Source of the DNA: Verrucomicrobiota bacterium
Lineage (GTDB): Bacteria; Verrucomicrobiota; Verrucomicrobiia; Limisphaerales; AAA164-E04
NCBI GenBank assembly: GCA_047947115.1
Contig: CP170459.1
Span: 3,616,001-3,680,000 of the forward strand
Reading direction: 5' to 3'
Length of the DNA stretch: 64,000 nt
Of the stretch, positions 20,366 through 32,100 are shown one piece after another. Made by a program: the position numbers and the translations under genes. Below the pieces are notes generated by a model. The model worked only from the letters and a program-made list of their open reading frames with translations, had not been told where the DNA came from and did no database searches. Every line of letters begins with the position of its first letter. The stretch's first letter is position 1.

Positions 20366-21517
20366 ATGACCCACTTGAAAACATCCGGATCCAAATCGTC
20401 CGTTCATCAACTCCTGATGGACCTTATAGAATTGCCCAGTGTGAATCCTGCTTTTTGTCAGGATCCCGCCTTGGCGGGAGAGTGGCGTGTGGCTGACTAT
20501 TTGGAGCATGCCGGGAAAAAGGCTGGGTTGAGTATTCGGTGGCAGACTGTTTCAAAAAAGCGTAAAAACCTGATCCTGGTCTACAAACCGCGATCCCGGA
20601 CAACCCACAGACTTTTGCTGGCTCCCCATATGGACACCGTGGTTGCTTCTGGTGAACAACTCAAGGCAAGGACAAAGCTAAATCGGATCCATGGCCGTGG
20701 TGCATGTGACACCAAAGGCAGCATCGCCGCCATGCTGGATGCGCTGCGCCAGTTAATCATGCAATCCGACCGCCCGAAGCATACCGAAATTCACATTGCC
20801 TGTCTTGTCGACGAGGAACATGGTCAGTTGGGATCTCGTGTCTTTGCCGCCAAAACCAGACCTTACGACCTGGCTATCGTGGGGGAACCCACCTCCAATC
20901 GTGTTGTCACCGCTCACAAAGGGGTCATGTGGTTCCAATTGCACACCCAGGGCAAGGCGGCGCATGGATCTCGCCCATCCCTCGGCGTGAATGCCATCGC
21001 ATCCATGGCGGAAGCGGTGCGTTACCTGGACGGTGAATACAGGGAACATCTCAATTTGACACAGCACTCTCTTCTTGGTGCTGGGACCATCAATGTCGGA
21101 ACCGTTCAAGGAGGGAAACAGCCGAACATTGTGCCGGATGCCTGCTCCATCTGGGCCGACCGACGTACCTTGCCCGGGGAATCGTATCAAGCCATCCAAG
21201 CGCATCTGCTCAAGGCTCTGAAACAAAGGGGAGTCCAAGCCAGAATGGATTATCGCGGCGACTGCGAATGTCCCGCCCTCGAAACGGATTCCAATCTGCC
21301 CTGGGTTCAGGAGCTCATGCAGCAGGTGCGACAAAAGAATTTGGTAGGTGTGGATTACTTTTGTGACGCCGCAGTGATCGCACAAAACGGGACGCCTTGC
21401 GTTGTATTCGGTCCCGGAAGTATTGATCAGGCACATACCCGGGATGAGTGGATTTCGATTCGTTCATTGGAGAGCTGTGTGCGTCATTATTTCCGGTTTT
21501 TTCAATCGCTGCCATGA
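20366..21517 (+). CDS. M20 family metallopeptidase (ArgE/DapE-like)
   Basis: HMDTV, GRGACDTKG, DEE, GEPT, GKAAHGS, GPGSIDQAHTRDE. Confidence 0.92.
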   Translation: MTHLKTSGSKSSVHQLLMDLIELPSVNPAFCQDPALAGEWRVADYLEHAGKKAGLSIRWQTVSKKRKNLILVYKPRSRTTHRLLLAPHMDTVVASGEQLKARTKLNRIHGRGACDTKGSIAAMLDALRQLIMQSDRPKHTEIHIACLVDEEHGQLGSRVFAAKTRPYDLAIVGEPTSNRVVTAHKGVMWFQLHTQGKAAHGSRPSLGVNAIASMAEAVRYLDGEYREHLNLTQHSLLGAGTINVGTVQGGKQPNIVPDACSIWADRRTLPGESYQAIQAHLLKALKQRGVQARMDYRGDCECPALETDSNLPWVQELMQQVRQKNLVGVDYFCDAAVIAQNGTPCVVFGPGSIDQAHTRDEWISIRSLESCVRHYFRFFQSLP

Positions 21518-22542
21518 GCGTTTCACTACCAACTGTCACCATCATCATCGCCGCTCCGCCCGAACAGGAAACACTTGCTTCCTTGGAATCTCTCAAACGC
21601 CTTTCACCATTCAAAATACCCGTGGAAGTTCTGGTTGCACGAGGTTGCATGCCGTCAATTCAACGCAACGTGGCCGCCGGACATGCACGCAGTGAGTGGC
21701 TTTATTTTTTGGATGATGATTCGATGGTGGATGGACAGGCCATGAACAGCCTGGAAAGATGGTGCGACAAGACCGAGGCTGCGGTGGTGGGAGGACCCAA
21801 TATTTGCCCGGACTCCTGTAGTTTCATTCAGTCCGTCTTTGCCGTCCTTTTGGGAAGCGCTTTGACCTTTGGACCCAGTCGTTCACGGTATGTGCCCACA
21901 GGAAACGTCCGGCTCTCCAATGAAAAGGAATTGATCCTTTGTAACTTATTGATTCGAAAAAAATTCTTTGAAATGGCCGGGAGATTTGACGAATCACTTT
22001 ATCCCAATGAGGAGAATGCCCTGATGGAATCCATCGCCCATAAAGGGGGTAAGCTTTGGTATGATCCCGACTTCTTTGTGAGGCGTTACCCGCGGAAAAC
22101 CCTGGGCGCATTCTTTCAAATGTTGTTTCGATACGGACGAGGACGCGCCCAGCAGTTCAGGAAATACCCAAGCGCCGGGTCACTTTTGAATATGGCCCCC
22201 TCCGTGTTTGGGCTGTATCTCATTTACCTGCTGGTCTGGTTTTTGACGGGAAATGGGAAAAGCCTTTCCGATACTGCGAGTCAAATCGCTCTGATTCCAA
22301 TGGGCCTTTATGGGATGGTGCTGATACTTCAGTTGATCCTGAATATTCCCCGTTTCGGGCCCTTGCGAAGTGGTCCGGCCGTGGTTTTAATGCCCTTTTG
22401 CCACCTGTTGTATGGTGCAGGATTTGTGCTGGGTTTGGTGGGCTCGATGGATGTTCCCAATTCAGGGAGGGCGACCGTGGACGACGTCATCTTGGAGCAC
22501 TGGACCATGGAACATGGGCAACTGATGCGACTCACACCATGA
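21514..22542 (+). CDS. glycosyltransferase family 2, membrane-associated
   Basis: QRNVAA, FLDDD, FDESLYPNEE, QMFRYG, C-terminal TM helices; ATGA overlap with the M20 gene. Confidence 0.88.
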   Translation: MSVSLPTVTIIIAAPPEQETLASLESLKRLSPFKIPVEVLVARGCMPSIQRNVAAGHARSEWLYFLDDDSMVDGQAMNSLERWCDKTEAAVVGGPNICPDSCSFIQSVFAVLLGSALTFGPSRSRYVPTGNVRLSNEKELILCNLLIRKKFFEMAGRFDESLYPNEENALMESIAHKGGKLWYDPDFFVRRYPRKTLGAFFQMLFRYGRGRAQQFRKYPSAGSLLNMAPSVFGLYLIYLLVWFLTGNGKSLSDTASQIALIPMGLYGMVLILQLILNIPRFGPLRSGPAVVLMPFCHLLYGAGFVLGLVGSMDVPNSGRATVDDVILEHWTMEHGQLMRLTP

Positions 22543-23855
22543 GTTTCTTTCGGCAAAGTTCATGGATGATGCTGTGTAACACGCTGGCTGGTGTGTTGAT
22601 GTTTGGGGTGCACATTCTGGCGCCTTCGATGTTGGTGCAGGCGGGGGAATATGGATTGTTCATCGCACTTCTTGGTGTTTTGAATGTGATGATGAGTTTT
22701 ACTCCCGGCATACAGACAGTATTCACTTATGAAGCCGTCGCTGCTGGCGACGGGGAAGCAAGACAAAACCTGGTTCGTTATGCCATGGGAGTGATCAAGG
22801 TCACGACATGGTTCTGGGTGATGCTGGTGGTTCTGATCATGCTTTGGCGCAAGCAGGTGATGAGTTTTTACAAGATGGAAGAACCATGGGCCTTGGGGAT
22901 TACCCTGGTGGCCGGGTTGCTTCAACTCTGGCTTCCCGTGGCGATGGGGATGCTTCAAGGTTTTCAACGGTTTTCCTGGCTGGGGTGGGCGTTGCTGACT
23001 AACGGTGGAGGGCGCTTGCTGGCAGCGGTGACGTTTGTTGCCCTCTTGGGAGGAGCCGCTTCTTCCGCCATGCTGGGAGCTTTGACCGGTGTTGCTTTTG
23101 CCTGCTTTGTTTCGTTGATACCTCTGCGTTTTTTGCTCGAGACCCGGGGGGGGCGTCCTTTACAATGGATGCCTTGGATTCGCCGCATGTTGCCTCTTGC
23201 ATTGGCTCCTGTTGTTTTTCAGTTGATGATGAGCGCCGACTTGGTTTTTTTTCGATCGATCCTGAATCTGGAGGAATCGGATTTTTATGGAATCGCGGGA
23301 ACTCTCGGGCGTGGATTGGTCATGCTGCTTGGACCTCTGGCCGGTGTGATGTTTCCCAAATTGATTCAATCCAATCGTGATGGAAAAGCAAACGTTCTGC
23401 TATGGAACACTCTTCTGGGAACATTGGTCATCGGGGGACTGGTGTGTCTTTTCTTTGTTGGGCTGGCGTGGGGGTGGCCCAATGTGGTGAATGCTCTTAA
23501 GGAATCTTCCGGGAATGGAACTGCTGGCGTTTTTTTTGCCCGGGTACTGGCCAAAGAGCAGGGTTTGGGATTTGCCATGGATTTGCTTCCGTGGTTCGCG
23601 GCAGGGATGCTCTGCCTGTGTTTCAGCAATGTGCTTCTATCCAATCTGCTGGCTTATCAGCAATACCGTGTGCTGGCCATACCATTCATCATTGTGTTGG
23701 GGTATGTGATTTGTCTGGCTACTTTGCCTCAAAATGGAAAACATCTTGTTCAGTTGATTTTCCTCTTCAATCTTTTGCTGATGGTGGTTTTAATGGGGCT
23801 CGTTTTCTGGACCGGAACATGGAGGGGAACGTCATCCCAAGCGATGGATAGGTGA
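22539..23855 (+). CDS. oligosaccharide flippase (Wzx/MOP superfamily)
   Basis: Many TM helices, GMLQGFQRFSWLG, VMFPK; ATGA overlap with the GT2 gene. Confidence 0.82.
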   Translation: MSFFRQSSWMMLCNTLAGVLMFGVHILAPSMLVQAGEYGLFIALLGVLNVMMSFTPGIQTVFTYEAVAAGDGEARQNLVRYAMGVIKVTTWFWVMLVVLIMLWRKQVMSFYKMEEPWALGITLVAGLLQLWLPVAMGMLQGFQRFSWLGWALLTNGGGRLLAAVTFVALLGGAASSAMLGALTGVAFACFVSLIPLRFLLETRGGRPLQWMPWIRRMLPLALAPVVFQLMMSADLVFFRSILNLEESDFYGIAGTLGRGLVMLLGPLAGVMFPKLIQSNRDGKANVLLWNTLLGTLVIGGLVCLFFVGLAWGWPNVVNALKESSGNGTAGVFFARVLAKEQGLGFAMDLLPWFAAGMLCLCFSNVLLSNLLAYQQYRVLAIPFIIVLGYVICLATLPQNGKHLVQLIFLFNLLLMVVLMGLVFWTGTWRGTSSQAMDR

Positions 23856-23861
23856 ATACCA

Positions 23862-25379
23862 ATGAATCAAGAACTGCGCGTCATTATTATCGAGGACTCC
23901 GAGTTTGATGCTGTTGTCATGGCAAATGTATTGGAGCAGGGGGGCTATGTTTTGGATTTCGAGCGTATCGAAACGGCTGAGGAATTGAAGAAAGCCCTCT
24001 CTGATCGGTCCTGGGATTTGATCCTATCTGATTACAATTTGCCCGACTTCAACGCTCCCCAGGCATTGAGAATCCTTCAGGAAAGCAAATTGGATCTTCC
24101 TTTCATCATTATTTCAGGTGGCATTGGCGAAGACGTGGCTGTCGCAGCCATGAAATCCGGCGCGCACGACTATCTGATGAAAGGGCAATTGGCCCGCTTG
24201 GTGGTTGCTGTCGAACGTGAACTGGGTGATGCCGCCACGCGAAAAGCCCGCAAACAAGCAGAAGAGGAACTCAAGGAAAACGAACTGCGATATCGTCTGC
24301 TGTGGGAGAATTCCAATGACGGCGTTGTTCTCATGAATGATTCGGGTGAGATTTTGTTTGCCAACCCGGCCGTTACTCAAATGTTTGGCTACGATTCCGA
24401 AGTTTTGCTCGGATCTAATCTTGCGAGGTTGATTGACCATTCGGATGACTCACTTGAAACGGAGGAAACGGTCCCCAGTCTGATTCATTCCGAACAGCAG
24501 TTGAAGGAAGTGAAAGGGCGGAGAAAGGATGGAACCACCTTTCCAGTTGAAATCAGCTGCAGTTTCATGGATATGCACGGACACCGGTTACGGGCGGCAT
24601 TTCTGCGTGATATCACCCAGCGCAAAGAAACAGAGCGCGAACTGGAAGTCCACGAAGAACGTCTGGAAGCCGTTCGTGAAATACAGCAATGGATGTTTCC
24701 CAAGGTGCCCCCCTCGGTGGGGGGATACGACATCGCCGGGGTTTCATTTCCGGCGGATGCCGCTGGTGGGGATCACTTCGACTACCTGCCCATGAAGGCG
24801 GGGCGCATCGGCTTTGTGGTTGCGGATGTCACTGGCCATGGTATCGGTCCGGCGTTGTTGATGTCTGAAGCTCGGGCTTATCTCAGACTGTTGGCGCTCA
24901 ACCGGGATTCCACGGGAGAAATCCTGACACGCGCAAATGAGGTCTTGTCGGATGACCTCAATTTCGAGCGCTATATCACCATGGTGCTGGTTTGCCTTGA
25001 GCCTGAAAAACATCAACTCACCTTCAGCAATGCCGGCCATCCGGCTGGACTGGTGATTGATGCTTCTGGCAAGGTGAAAACCAGGCTCAAACGCAATGGC
25101 GTTCCGCTGGGGATCAGAGCCAAAACCACTTACCCCACCTCCGAGAAGGTTGATTTGACTTCAGGTGATCTGATTTTCCTATATACTGATGGATTTGATG
25201 AAGCCATGGCGGAGGATGAATCATTTTTCGGCGTCGAAAGAATGGTTGATCTGATTCATCAAAAAAGATCCCTGCCTTCACGTGACATTCTTCAGGAGTT
25301 GTTTCGATTGGTCGATGAGTTCACAGGACACCAACCTCAGTCTGATGACTTGACCGGAATTCTGATCAAGGTCTTATAG
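23862..25379 (+). CDS. REC-PAS-SpoIIE (PP2C/RsbU-like) serine phosphatase
   Basis: Receiver DLILSDYNLP; PAS ANPA...RRKDGTTFPVEIS; PP2C motifs GGDHFD, DVTGHG, NAGH, YTDG, DDLT. Confidence 0.93.
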   Translation: MNQELRVIIIEDSEFDAVVMANVLEQGGYVLDFERIETAEELKKALSDRSWDLILSDYNLPDFNAPQALRILQESKLDLPFIIISGGIGEDVAVAAMKSGAHDYLMKGQLARLVVAVERELGDAATRKARKQAEEELKENELRYRLLWENSNDGVVLMNDSGEILFANPAVTQMFGYDSEVLLGSNLARLIDHSDDSLETEETVPSLIHSEQQLKEVKGRRKDGTTFPVEISCSFMDMHGHRLRAAFLRDITQRKETERELEVHEERLEAVREIQQWMFPKVPPSVGGYDIAGVSFPADAAGGDHFDYLPMKAGRIGFVVADVTGHGIGPALLMSEARAYLRLLALNRDSTGEILTRANEVLSDDLNFERYITMVLVCLEPEKHQLTFSNAGHPAGLVIDASGKVKTRLKRNGVPLGIRAKTTYPTSEKVDLTSGDLIFLYTDGFDEAMAEDESFFGVERMVDLIHQKRSLPSRDILQELFRLVDEFTGHQPQSDDLTGILIKVL

Positions 25380-26172
25380 GTTGTAGATCAAGAGTTATTA
25401 AGGGGTGGGGTGGATGTGTGCTTCTGTATCTCTCGATCGTCTGCGCTTTAAAAAATCAGTGAACAATTGTTCTGGGTTGTTCGGCTCGTTCCTAAAATAA
25501 GTATGGCGTAATTTCGTTGTAAGATTTTGAGTTTTTACTGGTTTTTATTTTTTTTCTTAAGTGTTCCTTCCAGTTAGCCGATGCATTCCAGTGGAGGTAA
25601 TCCTTGGTTTGTGGTCGCATCACGAGGATGCGCCAGGATAGCTGATTGGAATGGGGATCGTTTGTGAGTCCAACTTTTATATCAGGCTGGTGGAGATCTT
25701 CATGCAACCTCAAAACCAGGTTGTTTCCGTGGCTGATGCAAGGATGCGGAGGCCGAGAAAGAGGGTGGAAACAGACATGTCCTCTTTGAAACAGGTATAA
25801 CTACAAACCAGATACATAGTGCCTGAGAGAAAACTCCTCAGTTTTTGAAAATTTCACTGACCGCTGGCGATTCTTGCGGGCGGAAGTCGGAGACACACGC
25901 CTTGAAGTGCGTGTTTTCCTCCGGAACACATCAAACTGTCGTTTTTTTGCCTTTTTTGATCTGAAGATGTACACGCCACTTGTGTGATAGGTCTGCTTGT
26001 TAGTGAAAATCTATACCGAGCTTAAGCCGCTTTGGCTTTTTGCTCCGCAGCTTGCCGTTGTTTCTCTATCAAGGCTCGCCCGATACGATGTAAATTATAA
26101 GCCAGCACCCCAAATCCAGCATATCGTTTGTACCCTGATAGCCCTTTGTCTGGGCATCGGTTCAGTCCGTGA

Positions 26173-26541
26173 TGTGAGCTGGTCCTCACCAACCTGCCAA
26201 TCGAGGCTCATGTCATCCAGGAGCAGATGGAACGATGGGTCACGGTGCCAAGGAGGGATCCATTTCAACATTTCATTGCCCAGGACGGATATCCGGGTGC
26301 AGGGGCTTATCTTACTTTAAGCGCTGTCTGGAGGCAAACCGGGAGCCGGCTGGCCGTCATCAACCAAAAGGTGGTGGCCGAAGGCGATACCATCAAGGAT
26401 TACCGGTTGGAGCGTATTGAAGGGGAAAGGGTTTGGGTGCACGGTCCGGTTGGGCTGGAGCCATTGGATCTCGAACTTATCCTCACCGAAGCCGCCCATC
26501 AGCGCAAGTTAACCGAATGGGCGACTAAACAACTACCCTGA
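26173..26541 (+). pseudogene. 5'-truncated MshK/PilP-like pilus/secretion accessory protein
   Basis: RRDPF motif and LSAVWRQTGSRLAVINQKVVAEGDTIKDYRLERIE. In-frame TGA at 26170-26172, with no N-terminal membrane anchor in frame; directly upstream of a secretin. Confidence 0.55.
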
Positions 26542-26585
26542 AACCAATCGATAGATATAAAAGGAACCAAAAGGGACAACCAGCC

Positions 26586-28210
26586 ATGAACAATGCAATT
26601 TATCAGACAACCAGCCGTTACCAGACTTCAGTTCGGCGTGCGGCAACCAGATGGGGCATGCTTGTGCTCCTGACGACATGGAACACTCAATCCGCCGAGG
26701 TGAGTCCAGTGGTGGCCGAAATTCAAGAAGCCCCAACATGGGAGCAGGTAGAGGCCGCATCGGTGGAGAAAATCGCAGAGCTGGAAGGGTTCATCACCAC
26801 TTCCGACACGGAAGCATCCCTTGAGTCGCCCCGCAGGGTGGTGGAAGTCGCCGAAAATGTCGTCCCTCCCACTCAGAACTTTCAACTGCCTGAATCCACC
26901 AAGGATGAAAAGTTGTATTCCTTCAATGCCGATGGGTTGGAACTCAAAACTGCTTTGGCTTTGTTTGCGCGTGCCAATGGATTGAACATTGTGCCTGATA
27001 ATACAGTCGCCGGTGCGGTTACTCTGTCAGTGCACGACCTGCCTCTGAACAAGATCATGCAGGCCTTGTTGGAGGCTTATGATTACTCATGGTCGGATGA
27101 AGACGGCTTGATTCGTGTGCGTGCGGCAGAAACCAGGATGTTTCAGGTGGATTATTTGCGTTTGGATCGCAAGGGAAACGGTAAAAGCTCCGCCACTCTC
27201 ACATCGGCCAGTTCCGGTGGGGCAGGAGGGGGCGGTGGCGGAGGAGGTGGCGGGAATGAGCAGGGCGGGTCCTCCATCGATGTCACCCAGGAAAACCCGG
27301 TCGCCTTCTGGACCGAGCTTAAGGAGGAGATCGGCATGCTTCTCACCCCGACTGGAAAGCAGAACCTCGCCATCAATGAAACTGCGGGATTGGTCCAGAT
27401 CACCGACCGACCCTCTGCGTTGAAACGCGTGGAAATCTACCTCGAGCAGATACATCAATCCGTCCTGCGGCAGGTGGATATCCAAGCCAGGCTATATGAT
27501 GTCACTCTGACTGATCAATCTCAATATGGCATAGATTGGAGTCACGGCTTTAGTATGGTTGATGGAGGAGCGGTGGTGGGTGGCAGCCCTACCGTTGTGC
27601 AACCTTCGGGCGGGAGCATGTTGTCGCCGGCATCGTTCAGCACGGTGTTTGCCAATCAAAATACGGACATCGTACTGCAAGCTCTGGAAGAGCAGGGAAG
27701 GGTTCAGGTCATTTCTCAACCTCGCTTGCGCACTTTGAATAATCAGACCGCCCTGATCAAGGTTGGAACGGAAATGCCATTTTTCAATCAAACCACCACG
27801 TTTTGCCGGGAACATTTGCCGCCAACACAACCACGGCCGTGGAGTCGGATCAGATCCAATTGATCACTGTCGGAACCATCCTCTACATCACGCCTCAAAT
27901 CAGTGAGAGTGATTGGATTACCATGGACCTGTCTCCTGTAATCACCAGTTTGGTTGAGACAAGGATTTCGCCCAGTCAATCGACCACTGCTCCCGTTCTG
28001 GATATCAAGCAAGCCTCGACTCTTGTGCGAATGAAAAGCGGCCAGACCATTGTGATTGGTGGTTTGATTCAGGACACTATTGCTTCGGACGAGCGGAAGG
28101 TTCCTTTGCTGGGGGATATTCCCGGGATTGGATTGTTGTTTCGCGGGACGGTCAAGTCGACGGAGAAGAAAGAACTGGTGATCTTTTTGACCCCCAGGAT
28201 CGTGTCCTGA
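26586..28210 (+). pseudogene. MshL/GspD-type secretin split by a frameshift
   Basis: TRMFQVDYL, Gly/Ser linker, QPRLRTLNNQTALIKVG in ORF 26586-27863. The C-terminus (ITVGTILYITPQI...VPLLGDIPGIGLLF..KKELVIFLTP) is in another frame (27803-28210); one extra T in the T4 run at 27801-27804 would rejoin them. Confidence 0.85.
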
Positions 28211-28255
28211 TGTGTGCCTGAAAGCTGCTTTAGGGAAGACGAATGCTTCAACAAA

Positions 28256-28281
28256 AACGGCCGGGAAAAATCCCGGCCGTT
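28256..28281. terminator. bidirectional rho-independent terminator
   Basis: Perfect stem aacggccggga-aaaa-tcccggccgtt between convergent secretin and csp genes. Confidence 0.8.
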
Positions 28282-28310
28282 GTGTTTTAAGATGATGTTA
28301 TGGAATTAAA

Positions 28311-28508
28311 TTAGCCGACGACTTTGACTTCAGTGGCGCAAGGCCCTTTGCGTCCTTCGCCAGGCACGAATTCGACACGGTCGCCTTCATTGATCATTCC
28401 ATTTTCCAGTGCGGATTTGTGGACAAAAATATCCTGGCCGTTGTCTTGAAGGATAAATCCATATCCCTTCTCGACATTGTACCATTTTACTGTTCCTTGT
28501 TCTGACAT
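28311..28508 (-). CDS. cold-shock domain protein
   Basis: GTVKWYNVEKGYGFI (RNP1), DIFVHKS (RNP2). Confidence 0.95.
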   Translation of the reverse strand: MSEQGTVKWYNVEKGYGFILQDNGQDIFVHKSALENGMINEGDRVEFVPGEGRKGPCATEVKVVG

Positions 28509-28551
28509 ACGTGATGATGTTTTCTAAAAGAGTGAAAAATTTTGTTACAGA

Positions 28552-28911
<360 letters not shown>

Positions 28912-29171
28912 GATGTTACTTGAGCAGTGGAAAAATACCTTCCCGTGCATTCGGGGATACCAACTGACTGAAGAATGTTCTCAAACGAAGGAGGGCCTAC
29001 TTTTGAATTGATCCGCTTTCTGTCGGCGACTAAGGTCTTTGACCACTTTGTTGGCGAGACAATGGTTGAACCTGCCCGTTCTGTCAATCTCCAATCCATG
29101 ACCAGACAACTTTTTAGCAATCATTTTCGGAGGGGCTTCAAGCTCATGCAATCCCCTTTGTTTTCAGTAGA

Positions 29172-32100
29172 ATGAACAAACATGCTCATCGGGCTTCAGA
29201 TGATCCCTTAGCCAGTTCCCTATTGGAACAACTTTCAGAATGCACCGCCAGGGATGCTTTCAAATTGGATGCAGTTCTGCACCGGTTGCTGCGGCAGGGA
29301 AACAGGGGGGAATCCGGTCGCAAACAGCTCCAATCCATCGCTCAACGCATCCAGCGCTCAAAAGAGATGGTTCAAAAGCGCAGGAATCTCCTGCCTCCGG
29401 TCCAATATCCTGGACATTTGCCCGTTTCCAATCGGGTGGAGGAGATTGTGCGTGCGATTCAGGAACATCAGGTGTTGGTATTGTCCGGGGAAACGGGATC
29501 CGGCAAGAGTACTCAGATCCCTAAAATGTGTCTGAGTGCCGGTCGCGGCTTAAGGGGAAAAATCGGATGCACCCAACCCCGCCGTGTTGCAGCTCAATCT
29601 CTGTCGAAACGGGTTGCTGAAGAATTAAATGTGCCATTGGGACGAGAAGTAGGGTGCAAGATCCGTTTTCAAGACGAATCATCCCCCCAATCCTACATCA
29701 AATTCATGACCGATGGGATCCTTCTCTCGGAACTTCAAAATGATCCCTCTTTGAGTGATTACGACACCCTGATCATTGATGAGGCGCATGAACGGTCCCT
29801 GAATATTGATTTTATTCTGGGCCATCTGCGTGGGTTGCTGGAATCACGTCCCGATCTCAAGTTGATCATCACTTCGGCCACCATTGACACACGCACTTTT
29901 TCAGAAGCTTTTCAAAATGCCCCGATCATCGAAGTCTCCGGAAAGCTGTATCCGGTGGAAGTGCTTTATCGGCCCATGGACGAAGCAATGGTGGAACAAG
30001 GCAACCTGTCCTATGTGGATGCCGCTGTTGATACGGTATTGGAGATACTGGGGGACAATCACCGGGGCGATGTGCTGGTTTTCATGCCTTCCGAGCGGGA
30101 TATCCGTGAAACCGTGGACGCGCTGGGGAAACACATATCGGGCTCAGTGGAATTGATGCCTCTTTTTGGGCGTCTTGCAAGCGGGGATCAGCAGAAGGTT
30201 TTTCAATCCGCCAGCAAACAGCGTGTCATCGTCGCCACGAATATCGCCGAAACTTCATTGACCCTGCCCGGTATACGCTTTGTGGTGGACACTGGTTTGG
30301 CTAGGGTGAGTCGTTACAGTCCAGGAACCCATACACGACGCCTGCCTATCGAACCGATTGCGCAGAGCAATGCCAATCAGCGCAAGGGGCGTTGCGGGCG
30401 AGTTGCCGAAGGGGTTTGTTATCGCCTTTATTCGGAAGTGGATTTTGAAGCTCGACCTGTGTTCCTTCCGCCTGAGATTCAGCGGTGCAATCTGGCTGAG
30501 GTGATTTTGAAAATGAAGGCCTTTCACCTCGGTGACATGGAGACGTTTCCTTTCATACAACCTCCCAAACCGTCCGCCATCAAGGCGGGCATGCAATTGT
30601 TGAAGGAATTGGGCGCTTTGGACGTCAGGAATGAATTGACTTCGCTGGGAAGCAAGCTGGCACGGCTTCCTTTGGATCCGACTATTGGGCGGATGATATT
30701 GGAAGCGGAAAAGGAAGGAGTGGTTGAGGAAATTGTGATCATTGCCTCGGGCTTGAGCATTCAGGATCCCCGGGAGCGTCCCATGGACGCCGCCGAACAC
30801 GCGGATCGTGCTCATCGGCAGTTCTTGCATCCAAAATCAGATTTCCTCACCTTGTTGAATCTGTGGAATGCCTTTCATGACGAATGGGAACGTCTCAAAA
30901 CACAGAATCAACTTAGAAAGTTCTGTCGTGCCCATTTCCTCAATTACATGAGAATGCGCGAGTGGCGAGATATTTATCGCCAGATACATTCCGTTCTGGG
31001 AGATATCCGGATTCGTATTTCACCTTCATTCGGCGAAGGAAACAAAGCCGAAGATCAACGATGGTATGCTGCCATTCACCGAAGTATCCTGTCCGGTCTG
31101 CTCAGTCAATCTGCTCGACGAAAAGATCGAAACCAATACGCGGGCGTTTCGGGAAGGTCTTTGAGTCTGTTTCCTGGATCCGTCCTTTTCGAACGTCAGG
31201 ATCCCAAGGAAGCCAAGGTTGGAAAGAAGAAAACGAAAAGGAAAGGGGGATCGGAATGGATTGTATCCGCCGAAGTCGTCGAGACTTCCCGGACCTATGC
31301 CCGGACCAATGCGGCCATCCAAGCCGACTGGATTGTTAAATTGGGGGCCCATTTGTGCCTTTATTCTCATTTGAATCCTCGATGGGATCGTTCATCCGGT
31401 CGGGCTGTATGCACTGAAGTTATTCGCATGGGGGGCGTTGAAATCATGGCGCGGCAGGTGGATTTCGCTCAGTCCAATCCTGATGCCGCCAGGGAAATCA
31501 TGATATACGAGGGCTTGATTCGTGAGCGCCATGAGACCCAGCTAACCTTCCTGGCCGAAAACGATCGCGTCCTCCAGTCGGTCGAAGAGAGATTGACCCG
31601 GATTCGACACGGGGCCTTCATGAATCTTGAAGACCTGCTCTTTGAGTTTTACCACCAACGACTGCCTCGGGATGTGTCGAGCATTTCCGGACTGCAACAT
31701 CACTTGAGACGCCACCCTGAAATAGCGGATGGTTTAAGAATGAAGGCGGAAGATCTGTTGAAAGACCGGGTCAGTGGTTCGGATCTTTCGGATTACCCCA
31801 ATGCGCTCCAATGGGGAGATCATGAGATCAAGGTGGAATATGCCTACGCTCCAGGGGAGACTCATGACGGCATTACCTTGATCCTTTCTCCCGAAGCTGC
31901 GGCTTCATTGCAGGATTTCTACTTGCCGTGGTTGATTCCGGGTAACCGCGAATCAGTGATACAATACCTTTTTAAGTCGCTGCCCAAATCCAAACGGCGG
32001 GCCATCATGCCTGTCCAGGACAGGGCTCGCGCCGCTTCAGTGGCAGTCGGATCCTGTGGTTGTCACGAATACCTGACCTTTTTATCGGATTGGCTGGAGG

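Noticed and set aside
25492..25713. 73-aa minus-strand ORF and hairpins at 25880-25925
   Set aside because: No recognisable protein or riboswitch motif, so not supportable.
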